NCBI GenBank assembly: GCA_025058515.1
Contig: JANXDW010000015.1
Coordinates: 16,937 to 40,936, forward strand
Reading direction: 5' to 3'
DNA length: 24,000 bases
From: Aigarchaeota archaeon
GTDB taxonomy: Archaea > Thermoproteota > Nitrososphaeria_A > Caldarchaeales > Wolframiiraptoraceae
Part shown: piece by piece, positions 9,160 to 18,628 of the stretch
Numbering within the stretch: the stretch's first letter is position 1
Layout of the letters: each line of letters starts with the position of its first letter
The notes under the pieces: model-generated
The model's input: the letters and a program-made list of their open reading frames with translations, nothing else
Told to the model about the DNA's origin: nothing
The model's database searches: none
Made by a program: the position numbers and the translations under genes

Positions 9160-10182
9160 ATGAATGATAACTTTTCAATCATATCATTAAAGAAGAAGAA
9201 GCTGATCCTAGTACTGATCTCTGGAATATCTTTAACCATATTTTTCAGTTTAACCTCATTATTTATTGGTGCAGTAAAATTAGATTTAATCAACTTATTA
9301 TTCGGTAAGAGTGATGTAAAAAATCTTGAACTAGTAATGAATGTGAGAGCTCCTAGAATCGTCACTGCAATAATAGTTGGTGCTTCTCTCTCAGTAGCTG
9401 GAGCAGTGATGCAGAATATTTTTAGAAATCCTTTAGTAGACCCCTACATCACAGGTGTTGCTTCTGGAGCTGCATTCACTACTTCTCTCTCAGTACTTCT
9501 CGGAATAACCTTCTTATCCCCTGCATCACTATATGCTCTACCAGTAATGGCTTTTATAGGTGCTATCATTGCTTTAATCTTAACTCTCTTCTTTGCACGG
9601 TTGGCGGGCGGTACATATCTCAGTCTCCTTCTCTCAGGGATTGCGATCAGCTTTCTCTTCTCATCTGCTACAACTATAGTCGTCACTACATCTGCTGGAA
9701 AGACTTACGGAATTATCTTCTGGCTCTTTGGAAGTCTTATTACATCTTCATGGAAGTTTATCTATATTATGGCTCCTATCTCTATAGTCGTTCTATGCTA
9801 TATATTGTTTAATGCTAGAAGAATGAATGTTTTGATGTTGGGGGATGATGAAGCCCGTCAACTAGGTGTAAACGTATCTTCTCTTAGACGGAATTTTGTA
9901 ATATCATTATCTCTCCTTACTTCTATTAGTGTAGCATTTAATGGTATTATTGGCTTCATTGGATTGATCGCACCACATATCTCACGACTACTAGTAGGAG
10001 AAGATCATAGAATATTACTACCTTCAACTATCTTTACAGGAGGGATAATACTTATCTTAGCAGATCTAGCTGCTAGGACTTTCATAGCACCTGCAGAACT
10101 ACCGATAGGAGCTCTAACATCATCGATCGGTGCACCATTCTTTCTATTCCTCTTAATAAAGATGCATAGAAGACATAGATAA
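9160..10182 (+). CDS. FecCD/BtuC-family ABC transporter permease
   Basis: RAPRIVTAIIVGASLSVAGAVMQNIFRNPLVDPYITGVASGA, GFIGLIAPHISRLLVGEDHR and ELPIGALTSSIGAPFFLFLL. Confidence 0.95.
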   Translation: MNDNFSIISLKKKKLILVLISGISLTIFFSLTSLFIGAVKLDLINLLFGKSDVKNLELVMNVRAPRIVTAIIVGASLSVAGAVMQNIFRNPLVDPYITGVASGAAFTTSLSVLLGITFLSPASLYALPVMAFIGAIIALILTLFFARLAGGTYLSLLLSGIAISFLFSSATTIVVTTSAGKTYGIIFWLFGSLITSSWKFIYIMAPISIVVLCYILFNARRMNVLMLGDDEARQLGVNVSSLRRNFVISLSLLTSISVAFNGIIGFIGLIAPHISRLLVGEDHRILLPSTIFTGGIILILADLAARTFIAPAELPIGALTSSIGAPFFLFLLIKMHRRHR

Positions 10183-10252
10183 GATAATAGAGGGTTCTAT
10201 GCTCTATATAATGATTCAATATAGTTATTATACTATTCTAGCTTGGGAAGAG

Positions 10253-10264
10253 GTTTTTAAATTA
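10253..10264 (+). promoter_or_regulatory. Putative archaeal TATA box/BRE upstream of the hemL-like gene
   Basis: gaagaggtttttaaattagg, roughly 26-35 nt upstream of the ATG at 10290, implying a very short leader. Confidence 0.5.
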
Positions 10265-10289
10265 GGTGATGTATTTGAGATAGAGGAAT

Positions 10290-11597
10290 ATGAGTCGATA
10301 CATGTCCTCAACACCAGGTTCTCGTGAACTATTCAAGAGGGCTAAGAGATCTATCCCAGGTGGTGTAACATACTCGATTAGATACTTCGAGCCTTATCCA
10401 CTCTACGTCTCTAAAGCACGTGGACAGAAGATATGGGATGTAGATGGAAATGAGTATACAGATTACTGGATGGGTCATGGAGCGAAGATAATGGGTCACT
10501 GCTATCCACCTGTAATAGAGGTCGCTCGGAAATACTTGGAACTAGGAGTACACGTAGGTCTTCCCCATGAATTAGAGATTAGACTAGCTGAACAGATTTG
10601 TAGGATGGTTCCAAGTGTAGAGATGGTTAGATTCACCAATAGTGGTACTGAAGCGAATATGTATGTAGTTAGACTCGCAAGAGGATATACTAAGAGAAAG
10701 GAGATAGTAAAGTTTGAAGGGTGCTGGCATGGAGGATACGATGCTCTACATATCGCTGTTAAACCACCTTATGAAAGACTAAACTTAGGAGTAACAGAAG
10801 AAGCAGTAAAAGATACTGTAATCTTACCCTATAATGATTTAGAAATAGTAGATAGAGAGATTAGGAAGAGGAGAGTAGCAGCAGTCTTCGTTGAACCAGT
10901 TGCAGGTGCTGGAGGCATGATCCCAGCAACTCCTGAATTTCTAAAAACTCTCAGAGAAGCATGTGATGATACAGGAGCACTACTTGTATTCGATGAGGTT
11001 ATAACAGGTTTCAGGTTATCGCCTGGAGGTGCACAGCAGATCTATGGAGTTCGCCCAGACATAACTGTATTCGGTAAGATAGTTGGGGGTGGAGAGTTTG
11101 CTGTAGGAGCATTCGGTGGAAAAGCTGAGGTCATGAGCTTACTCGACCAAGATAAGTATCCGAGCCCTCATGATAGAGTTTTTCAAGGTGGGACATTCTC
11201 AGCAAACATATTGACGATGGCTGCTGGATATACTCTCTTATCAGAACTAGAGAAGAGACCTGAAGTTTATGTTCATATAAATACGTTGGGTGAGCGGCTG
11301 AGAAGAGAGGTTAGTGAATTGTTCGAGAAGCATAGAGTAACTGGATATATGACTGGCATAGGCTCTCTAGTTGGAATCCACTTTACACCAATATTTCCAA
11401 AAGACATCAAGACAGCTCAATTGATGAAGAATGAAGAGATGCATAGAAGATACTTTAGACATCTATTAGAAAATAGGATAATAGCGTTGACACAAGAATC
11501 ACAACATTTCTTCATCTCGAATTCTCACACAGTAGAAGATCTTGAAAATCTAATTAATGTAACAGAAGAATTCATAAAGATTGAAAAGCATAGATGA
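10290..11597 (+). CDS. Class-III PLP aminotransferase, glutamate-1-semialdehyde 2,1-aminomutase (HemL)-like
   Basis: PGGVTYSIRYFEPYPLYVSKARGQKIWDVDGNEYTDYWMG, FTNSGTEANMYVVRLARGYT, FEGCWHGGYD, VFDEVITGFR and GGTFSANILTMAAG. Strongly GSAM-like, but a paralogue cannot be excluded from sequence alone. Confidence 0.85.
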   Translation: MSRYMSSTPGSRELFKRAKRSIPGGVTYSIRYFEPYPLYVSKARGQKIWDVDGNEYTDYWMGHGAKIMGHCYPPVIEVARKYLELGVHVGLPHELEIRLAEQICRMVPSVEMVRFTNSGTEANMYVVRLARGYTKRKEIVKFEGCWHGGYDALHIAVKPPYERLNLGVTEEAVKDTVILPYNDLEIVDREIRKRRVAAVFVEPVAGAGGMIPATPEFLKTLREACDDTGALLVFDEVITGFRLSPGGAQQIYGVRPDITVFGKIVGGGEFAVGAFGGKAEVMSLLDQDKYPSPHDRVFQGGTFSANILTMAAGYTLLSELEKRPEVYVHINTLGERLRREVSELFEKHRVTGYMTGIGSLVGIHFTPIFPKDIKTAQLMKNEEMHRRYFRHLLENRIIALTQESQHFFISNSHTVEDLENLINVTEEFIKIEKHR

Positions 11598-11719
11598 GAA
11601 GATCCACGATGGCATAAGTAACCTCTAGAGATAAATAGATCAGCTCTGATCATTTAGCATACCCTTCTGATGAGCTATCGAAAACATGATAAAGGCTATA
11701 ATTATAAAACTGGAGAAGG

Positions 11720-11728
11720 TTTTTAAGA
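11720..11728 (+). promoter_or_regulatory. Putative TATA/BRE promoter of tRNA-Phe
   Basis: gagaaggtttttaagaaa, centred about 26 nt upstream of tRNA position 1 at 11751. Confidence 0.5.
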
Positions 11729-11750
11729 AACTCTACAAAAGAATAGAATA

Positions 11751-11858
11751 GCCCCGGTAGCTCAGCCCGGGAGAGCGCCCGGCTGAAGACTGCTTAAATT
11801 AAGGTGCGGGATCATCGTAGAAACCGGGTTGTCGCAGGTTCAAATCCTGCCCGGGGCA
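11751..11858 (+). tRNA. tRNA-Phe (GAA) containing one intron
   Basis: Acceptor stem GCCCCGG/CCGGGGC with A73. D stem GCTC/GAGC. Anticodon stem CCCGG/CCGGG with loop CTGAAGA (anticodon GAA at 11785-11787). T arm GCAGG-TTCAAAT-CCTGC. The mature form is 74 nt. Confidence 0.95.
11789..11822 (+). other. 34-nt intron of tRNA-Phe at canonical position 37/38
   Basis: actgcttaaattaaggtgcgggatcatcgtagaa lies between G37 (11788) and A38 (11823). The exact BHB boundary could shift by 1-2 nt. Confidence 0.85.
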
Positions 11859-12042
11859 CATCTTACATGTATAAATAATAAAGTTTAATCAAAATAATCA
11901 ATATGAAATAGTTAAGCCATCCAATTATTCAATGAGTGTTTACTAAAAATTCAAAGAGAAAAAACATTTTGATGTATGAATGTCTATCTTTTCTCATTAA
12001 GAGCATTTTATCAACTTACTTCATGTGTAATCTTATCGTTTA

Positions 12043-13257
12043 TTATCTTTTAGTTATCGGGTATAGAGATTCACGATATATCATTGAAATTACATCTTCA
12101 TCTACTGCTACTGGTGTTGCTTCTAATCCAGATCTTAATCCAGGTGTTTCTCTAAATAATCTTAATAGTTCAGGTATATCATTTTCTGTAAAACCATAGT
12201 CAGAAAGCTTCTTTCTCAATCCTATATTGAACATCCATTCTTCAACTTTTACCGCTAGTTCATATGCTTCTCCTGGATTGGCCTTTAGATTAGGAGCTAT
12301 TGGCTCGTAAAGCTCAGTTAAGATTTCTGGTACAGCTGGATAGATCAACTTCAATATAGATGGTAGTAGTATTCCGAGCCCTACTCCGTGAGGAACTTCT
12401 GGATTAAATCCACTCAATGGATGCTCCATACTATGGGTGAGATGAGTCCCAACATGGTCTATTGCTATCCCAGATAACATAGAAGCGTAGAGAAGATAGT
12501 ATCTAGCTAGTAGATTTTCAGGCTCTATTAAAGCGATTGGAAGATATTTGAAGACTAAGTGTGCTGCTTCTCTAGATAGATGTATCGAGAATGGTGTATT
12601 AGTAGTCTTTGTAGCTGCTTCTGTAGCATGGTTTAAACTATCAATAGCAGTTGCGATAGTCTGCCATTTATCAAGCTTAACCAATAATTGTGGGTCATCT
12701 ATGGAATACTGTGGATAAGTTAAAGACATACCTATCTTGTACTTCTTCTCAGGAATAGTCTCTACACCATATCTATTGATCTCTGTTCCCGTTCCATGAG
12801 TAAGATTTATCGCTATAACTGGAAGAGAGTTGCCTGGTTGTTCTCTCTTCATAAATAGTTCTCTAGCATTTCCATCAACTGCTAAGAGACAACCTACAGC
12901 TTTTGCTGTATCTATAGGGCTTCCACCACCTATACCTATTATTGCTTTAACATTGAACTCTCGACCTATATTTACAGCTTCATCAACCATGTCGACAGTT
13001 GGATTTGATAAAACCCTATCATAGATTTGATAATCAAAACCATGTTCTTCAAGAGAATTCTTAACGTAATCCCAAGCCCCTGAGATTTTATAGGAAGACC
13101 TACCAGTAATCAATAAAACTCTATCTATATCTTTGTTCTTAAGTTCACTGAATATGTTTGAGATATATCTTATACCTCCTACTCCGAAGAAGAGTTTTGT
13201 ACCACCATAGGTTATGGTGAAAACACGATTAATGTTGAGCTTACTTTTCCAACTCAT
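12043..13257 (-). CDS. Iron-containing alcohol dehydrogenase family protein
   Basis: AIIGIGGGSPIDTAKAVG, NLTHGTGTEINRY, TAIDSLNHATEA, HGVGLGILLPSIL and conserved metal-binding His/Asp residues in DSLNHATE...DHVGTHLTHSMEH...HG. Confidence 0.93.
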   Translation of the reverse strand: MSWKSKLNINRVFTITYGGTKLFFGVGGIRYISNIFSELKNKDIDRVLLITGRSSYKISGAWDYVKNSLEEHGFDYQIYDRVLSNPTVDMVDEAVNIGREFNVKAIIGIGGGSPIDTAKAVGCLLAVDGNARELFMKREQPGNSLPVIAINLTHGTGTEINRYGVETIPEKKYKIGMSLTYPQYSIDDPQLLVKLDKWQTIATAIDSLNHATEAATKTTNTPFSIHLSREAAHLVFKYLPIALIEPENLLARYYLLYASMLSGIAIDHVGTHLTHSMEHPLSGFNPEVPHGVGLGILLPSILKLIYPAVPEILTELYEPIAPNLKANPGEAYELAVKVEEWMFNIGLRKKLSDYGFTENDIPELLRLFRETPGLRSGLEATPVAVDEDVISMIYRESLYPITKR

Positions 13258-13345
13258 GCCTATATCAAGAGAGATACTGATATTTAAGAAATATCATGTC
13301 TATCTTTTCATTGAGTTATTATACAATCTCTTCTTTTCGATAAGA

Positions 13346-14827
13346 CTATCTTAAGTTTATGTTTACTTCTTCTCCTTCTCTCAAGATTTCAACCTTTATG
13401 CCTCCTTCTTTCTCTAGAAGCTTTTTGAATTCTCTCGGATTCTCAGTGTGTATTGGGATTACAGTTTTTGGTTTTATCTGTTTAATAATCTCGATCAAGT
13501 CTTCTCTATTAGCATGTCCAGAAGCATGTATCCATCTTCTATCTAATCTCAACAATCTGATCCAATTCTCTACTTTCTCCCACTCTATCTCTTGTTCTTC
13601 ATCATGCGGTTCACTAGTCGATTCGATAATTAGAGACCCTGGAATAGGATTCAGCTCGACTAATTCAGAGATATACTGGAGACCGCTAAATATGAATAAG
13701 TATTCTTCTTGATTTTTACTGATCTCTTCAGCTTTGATAAGAATATCTCTACTTTCTAAATTTTCGTAAAGTTCTTTTAACCATCCTCTATAATATCTCG
13801 ATCCTAAAAAGTATCCATCATGAATTATTGATCTCTTCTCAAAATATACTCTTACATCTTCTAATCTAGGGAGGTTAACTCTGCTCTCAACATCTTTTAA
13901 TGTTTTAATTAGGTGGAAGAGTCTAGGTGATAGAACTGGGACTCTATTACATTCTCTCGCCGCGTCTATCATTGTTTTAAGCCTATCTATATCGAGAGAA
14001 GAGATTACTACTGATATGAGTTTTCCTTTCTTCTTCAAAGATTCTGAGATCGTTTCATTCTTTACCTCTTCCTCAGACTTTATTGTTGAATCCTGTATCC
14101 TCGTACCCTCTATAAGTAAATAGTCTACATTTTCAACCTTCTCAATGAATAATCTCGTATATCTGCTTACAGTTCCATGTAACCTGATGTCACTGGTATA
14201 TGCTATAGATGTTTTATCTACCTCTATATAGAGCCCGAATGTTGCAGGTACAGAATGGTCTATAGGCATAGGTGTAACATCCACTGGAATATCTTTGATC
14301 TTCTTATACTCTTCAAAGATTATAATTGGTCGCTCAACTTCTTCTAGACTCTCCCCAGCTTCTCCTATCTTCTTCAATTCTTCATATCTTCTATCTTTAT
14401 AGATGAAGACTTCTCTATCTATCCCTGTTCTCCCAGATGTTTCGATAGAATGTTCTATCAATGCTTTCATGCTTCTACTTGTAGCTATACTAATCTCTGG
14501 TTTCAAGAAAACTACTGAACCATAGTGATCTAGATGCCCATGAGAGATTATACATCCATCAACATTGATCTCTCTAGAACTTTTTAGAAGCTCTTCATAT
14601 CCAGCGATGTCTTTTCTATAAATCCCACGTATTTCTGGAAGTATACCTATTAGGAGATAATTTCTTAAGATTCTATTGATTCTCTCAAGACCATGACCTA
14701 CATCGTACTCTCTCTTCTTCTTTAGGTTCAATCCGAAATCGATGAATATTGAACCATCTCTTCCAGAGATTAATATCTTGTTGCCCCCGACCTCTTCAAC
14801 TCCACCAAGTAAGCATATAGTAGCCAA
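13346..14827 (-). CDS. Beta-CASP metallo-beta-lactamase-fold ribonuclease, RNase J-like
   Basis: GGVEEVGGNKILI, ISHGHLDHYG, MPIDHSVPATFG, IAYTSDIRLHG, HASGHANREDL and TVIPIHTENP match the MBL and beta-CASP motifs. Confidence 0.85.
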   Translation of the reverse strand: MATICLLGGVEEVGGNKILISGRDGSIFIDFGLNLKKKREYDVGHGLERINRILRNYLLIGILPEIRGIYRKDIAGYEELLKSSREINVDGCIISHGHLDHYGSVVFLKPEISIATSRSMKALIEHSIETSGRTGIDREVFIYKDRRYEELKKIGEAGESLEEVERPIIIFEEYKKIKDIPVDVTPMPIDHSVPATFGLYIEVDKTSIAYTSDIRLHGTVSRYTRLFIEKVENVDYLLIEGTRIQDSTIKSEEEVKNETISESLKKKGKLISVVISSLDIDRLKTMIDAARECNRVPVLSPRLFHLIKTLKDVESRVNLPRLEDVRVYFEKRSIIHDGYFLGSRYYRGWLKELYENLESRDILIKAEEISKNQEEYLFIFSGLQYISELVELNPIPGSLIIESTSEPHDEEQEIEWEKVENWIRLLRLDRRWIHASGHANREDLIEIIKQIKPKTVIPIHTENPREFKKLLEKEGGIKVEILREGEEVNINLR

Positions 14828-14947
14828 ATCTATAAAGAGAGTTCTTCACTAGGTATTTAAGCCTATTAAGGTCTCCCCTTCACTAAAAACCTGTGTCTCC
14901 ATAATATATAGTCTTTAGAGATATATGTTGCCACCTATATTTTAGAT

Positions 14948-16132
14948 GTGGATACGATGGTCTCTATGTTACCTACTGTTAAAGAGTATATGAGGGAAGA
15001 GGTGTATTTTATTGATGGTGAGGATACTCTTAGTAAAGCAGTTGGGATATTTCGAGAGAAAGGTCTACCGATCATAGTCGTCTTAGCTAATTCTAAAAAC
15101 TATTTAGGAATAATAACAGATAGGATAATTTTAAGGTCTACTCTAAACCTTGACGTTATCAAGGCGAAGAACGTTGCATTGAAGATTCCATTATTGAATA
15201 TCGATGATACAGTTGCTAAAGCTGCACGCTTAATGCTTGAGAATACTGTTAAGGGGCTACCCGTATCATCAGAAAATAAGAAGATTATTGGAATTATTAC
15301 TGTAGATGATATTGGTAGAGCAGCTGGTGAGAGACTTTACGCTAAAATGAAGGTAAAAGAAGTTATGACAAGGGATCCTATTACTATAACAGTAGACTCT
15401 ACGATAGGTAAAGCACTAGTCTTGATGAGAGATAATGGTATATCTAGACTTCCAGTAGTTAGAGGCAATAAACTTGTAGGATTGGTTACGATAAGAGATA
15501 TTATAGATAAAGTACTCATGCTTAAGAGTAGAGCTACAAGAGGTGAAGTATCTGGAGAGAAGATTAGAAGCCTAGGATATAAGGTCTCCAATATAATGAC
15601 TAAACATGTTGTTCAATCTTCTCCAGAAGAAGACTTAACTAAGGCTATAAAAAAGATGATAGACCATGATGTCTCATGCTTAGTGATCACTCACTCTAAT
15701 AGAGTAGAAGGGATCTTGACTTGGACTGATATACTAGAGATCGTAGCTTCTTTAGAAGAAAAAGAGAAACCGCCAATAAATATTCAAGTAAGTTATAAGG
15801 TTAAAGATGCATCCCCATCTGAGAAATCTGAGATCATTAAAGTTGCTGAGAGATATATCTCAAAACTAAGTGATGCATTAGGTAATGGGAATCTTCTACT
15901 CCACTTTAAGGAACATAAAGAGAAGCATGGAGAAGAACATCTAATACATTGTAGAGCAAGATTGAGAACAGATAAAGTAGACCTTGTAGGCGTTGGTGAA
16001 GCATGGACTTTAAGTCAAGCAGCTAGAGTAGCTCTAGATAAGATTGAGAGACAGCTACTTACGATAAAAGAATTAGCTGGGAGATACCCGTATACTGAAG
16101 AAGTATTTCGTAGTATTGTTGGAGAACTTTAA
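14948..16132 (+). CDS. Protein with about four CBS motifs plus a C-terminal domain resembling ribosome hibernation factor HPF/S30AE
   Basis: Repeated CBS units (VKEYMREEVYFIDGEDTLSKAV; LLNIDDTVAKAARLM; VKEVMTRDPITITVDSTIGKALVLM; VSNIMTKHVVQSSPEEDLTKAI). The C-terminus INIQVSYKVKDASPSEKSEIIKVAERYISKL...HCRARLRTDKVDLVGVGEAWTLSQAARVALDKIERQLLTIKE is compared with HPF by eye. Confidence 0.88.
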   Translation: MDTMVSMLPTVKEYMREEVYFIDGEDTLSKAVGIFREKGLPIIVVLANSKNYLGIITDRIILRSTLNLDVIKAKNVALKIPLLNIDDTVAKAARLMLENTVKGLPVSSENKKIIGIITVDDIGRAAGERLYAKMKVKEVMTRDPITITVDSTIGKALVLMRDNGISRLPVVRGNKLVGLVTIRDIIDKVLMLKSRATRGEVSGEKIRSLGYKVSNIMTKHVVQSSPEEDLTKAIKKMIDHDVSCLVITHSNRVEGILTWTDILEIVASLEEKEKPPINIQVSYKVKDASPSEKSEIIKVAERYISKLSDALGNGNLLLHFKEHKEKHGEEHLIHCRARLRTDKVDLVGVGEAWTLSQAARVALDKIERQLLTIKELAGRYPYTEEVFRSIVGEL

Positions 16133-16692
16133 AAATTTGGCTCAGCTAAAGCTCTATACAAATTCTTATATGAAGATATAAGCTTCCAGAAGCTGGTGCG
16201 CATCCTAGAGCTAGAATAGATTAAGATTGAGAGTAAGGAGATTATTGAAAATACGTGAACTGAGAATGTTGCGAGTTCATAGTTCATCAAGTAGACCAGT
16301 GGTCCTATATAGTACTCCATCAATATAGGCCATAGTATAGGGTTGTAGGAATGATGTAAGAAATCTATAGATATGTGAGTTAATGCCCCAATACTTGAGA
16401 TCAACCAAATCCTTAACCAGCTTCCACTTACATAATCATTAATCTCAAGAACCTTCTTTAGATATTTAGATCTATAGATGATCATCCCCGTTAAGATGGC
16501 TGCAAATCCATCTACTGTTAATGCTCCAATAATTGAGTGAGCAATACCTCTCGGTATCTCGAAGCCAGCTAAATTCATTAAAGGTATCTCGAGGTCGGGG
16601 ATCATAGCTCCAGTAATCAAGAAGATTCTATCTTTTCTAAGAATCCTTAAGAATGGCCATATGAAAACAATGTGAAGCGGTGTAACAGGCAT
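16129..16692 (-). CDS. DUF4184-like integral membrane protein
   Basis: MPVTPLHIVFIWP...GAMIPDLEIPL...RGIAHSIIGAL...GALTHISIDFLHHSYNPILWP. The track ORF extends to 16710, but MPVTPLH is the probable N-terminus. Confidence 0.7.
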   Translation of the reverse strand: MPVTPLHIVFIWPFLRILRKDRIFLITGAMIPDLEIPLMNLAGFEIPRGIAHSIIGALTVDGFAAILTGMIIYRSKYLKKVLEINDYVSGSWLRIWLISSIGALTHISIDFLHHSYNPILWPILMEYYIGPLVYLMNYELATFSVHVFSIISLLSILIYSSSRMRTSFWKLISSYKNLYRALAEPNF

Positions 16693-16856
16693 ACATTGAT
16701 TGGTAAGCATTCAGATTTAAATTTACCTTGAAATACGATTTCTAAAAAATTGTATCAAATCGATGGATGATTAAATGTCTTAACAGATTAGACCTGTAAA
16801 TTATAGCGATGTATTCGATGATGTTTAGAATAGTGTAATTCTGTTAGCTTTAATAT

Positions 16857-18299
16857 CTATATGTCGAAGTAGAGGTAGAATTCGTATGGATGAGGTTTAG
16901 AGTTTACTTCTATGAAATGTGACATCTCTATCTCTATTATCGTATCAATAAGTTCATCGGACATAACAGGTTTTAGGAACTCTCTATCAGATTTTAAAGA
17001 TTCTACTGCATCTTTCAAACTTCCTGGGAGTTCTCTTACTCCCAGCTCCCTTCTCTTCTCAGAGGTTAGTTTATAGATGTCTTCATCTACTGGATCTCCC
17101 GGCTCTATCTTATTCTTGATACCATCTAGACCTGCTGCGAGTATTGATGCAAAGCATAGATATGGATTAGCAGATGAATCAGGTGTTCTAAACTCTATCC
17201 TCTTCATACTTGAATTATTTCCTCCTCTAAAGTATGCTGGAACTCTAACATTTGCAGACCTATTTGACTTGCTCCAAGCTATGAAGACTGGGGCTTCGTA
17301 GCCTGGGGTCAGCCTCCTATACGAGTTCGTAGTAGGTGCAACAATAGCAGATAGAGCTCTACTGTGTTCAAGTAGTCCACCGATAAAGTATCTTGCAAGT
17401 TGGCTTAGTTCAGCATAATCGTCATCTGGATCATAGAAGAGGTTTAACCCATCTTTCCATATGCTTACGTGGACATGCATCCCTGAGCCATTATCTCCAT
17501 ATAAAGGTTTGGGCATAAAAGTAGCTATTAAACCCATCCGCCATGCAACATTCTTAACAACATACTTGTATGTCTGAACATTATCAGCCATCTTCACTAA
17601 ATTATCGTATTTTAAATCAATCTCACATTGACCTGCTGTAGCAACTTCATGATGATGTGCATCAACCTCTATCCTAAAGTATTCTGTAAGAATTCTACAT
17701 ACTTCACTCCGATACTCCATTAACGTATCCTGAGGGGGGACGGGGAAATATCCCTCCTTAAGTCTTATCGGGTAACCTTTACCAATACTACTCGAGCTCC
17801 ATGGAGCTTCTCTAGACTCAATATAGTAACTCATTCCTCTACCTGTCGTTGAGATATCCCAGAAGACTTTATCGAAGATGAAGAACTCGACTTCCGGACC
17901 CCAGTAAGATGCATCGAAACCAGATTCTACTAAATATTCTTCAGCTCTCTGTGCAACGTATCTTGGATCTTTACTAGATCTACCTCCACCATAACCTTTA
18001 TACACATCGCAGATCATTCTCGCAGTCCTGCCACCCTCTATACTCCATGGGAGTAATGCAAGAGTTGTGATATCCGGTTTCAATACCATGTCGGAATCGT
18101 ATATCTCTGCGAAACCCTTGATAGAAGAACCATCAAGTTTAGGTACTCCTTCAGTGAATATTTTATCATCTAAGTAGCTACCTGTAACGGTTACGTGATG
18201 AAGTCTACCAACAATATCTGTAAAATGGAGATCAATAAACTTTACGTTATTCAGTTTAACATATTCTTTGAAGTCCATGGTAGAAGTCTCCGCCTTCAT
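16857..18299 (-). CDS. glnA: Glutamine synthetase, type I
   Basis: VKFIDLHFTDIVGRLHHVT, GPEVEFFIFD, VATAGQCEIDLKYD, NGSGMHVHVSIWKDG, NRRLTPGYEAP-like (SYRRLTPGYEAPVFIAWSKSNRSANVRVP) and RIEFRTPDSSANPYLCFASILAAGLDGI. Confidence 0.97.
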   Translation of the reverse strand: MKAETSTMDFKEYVKLNNVKFIDLHFTDIVGRLHHVTVTGSYLDDKIFTEGVPKLDGSSIKGFAEIYDSDMVLKPDITTLALLPWSIEGGRTARMICDVYKGYGGGRSSKDPRYVAQRAEEYLVESGFDASYWGPEVEFFIFDKVFWDISTTGRGMSYYIESREAPWSSSSIGKGYPIRLKEGYFPVPPQDTLMEYRSEVCRILTEYFRIEVDAHHHEVATAGQCEIDLKYDNLVKMADNVQTYKYVVKNVAWRMGLIATFMPKPLYGDNGSGMHVHVSIWKDGLNLFYDPDDDYAELSQLARYFIGGLLEHSRALSAIVAPTTNSYRRLTPGYEAPVFIAWSKSNRSANVRVPAYFRGGNNSSMKRIEFRTPDSSANPYLCFASILAAGLDGIKNKIEPGDPVDEDIYKLTSEKRRELGVRELPGSLKDAVESLKSDREFLKPVMSDELIDTIIEIEMSHFIEVNSKPHPYEFYLYFDI

Positions 18300-18628
18300 T
18301 CTTGATGGTTTATGAACAAACGTCGTATATAACTCTTGTTTTTCTAGAAAAATGAACAGAAATATATGTATAACTTTGCATATTCAATTCTCATTATTCG
18401 TTATAAACTAGACAAATTTTAACTAATAAAGTTTTTCATTCATTAAATTAATAAACCATCAAAGACCTTTGCTACTTTCACTAAAGAGGTTTATCAAAAA
18501 AACTCATCGTTAGAAAAATAAATGATCATTATGGAGTTGACCTTCTTGATTATACTAAACTATTTATATCGCTTTAAGAATAGTAGTAGCGAACTAAGTT
18601 TAACCTTGGGGGCGTGGCCCAGGCTGGT

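Noticed and set aside
12830-13712. Plus-strand ORFs 12830-13024 and 13359-13712
   Set aside because: Antisense to the iron alcohol dehydrogenase and RNase J-like genes, with no identifiable features.
15337-15591. Shadow ORFs at 15337-15591, 17077-17301, 19152-19385, 23042-23242 and 23407-23664
   Set aside because: Each is antisense to a gene with strong family motifs, and none has support of its own.
16795-16856. Possible C/D box small RNA around cgatgatgtttag
   Set aside because: Only a near-match to the C box (ATGATGT) and no convincing D box at suitable spacing.
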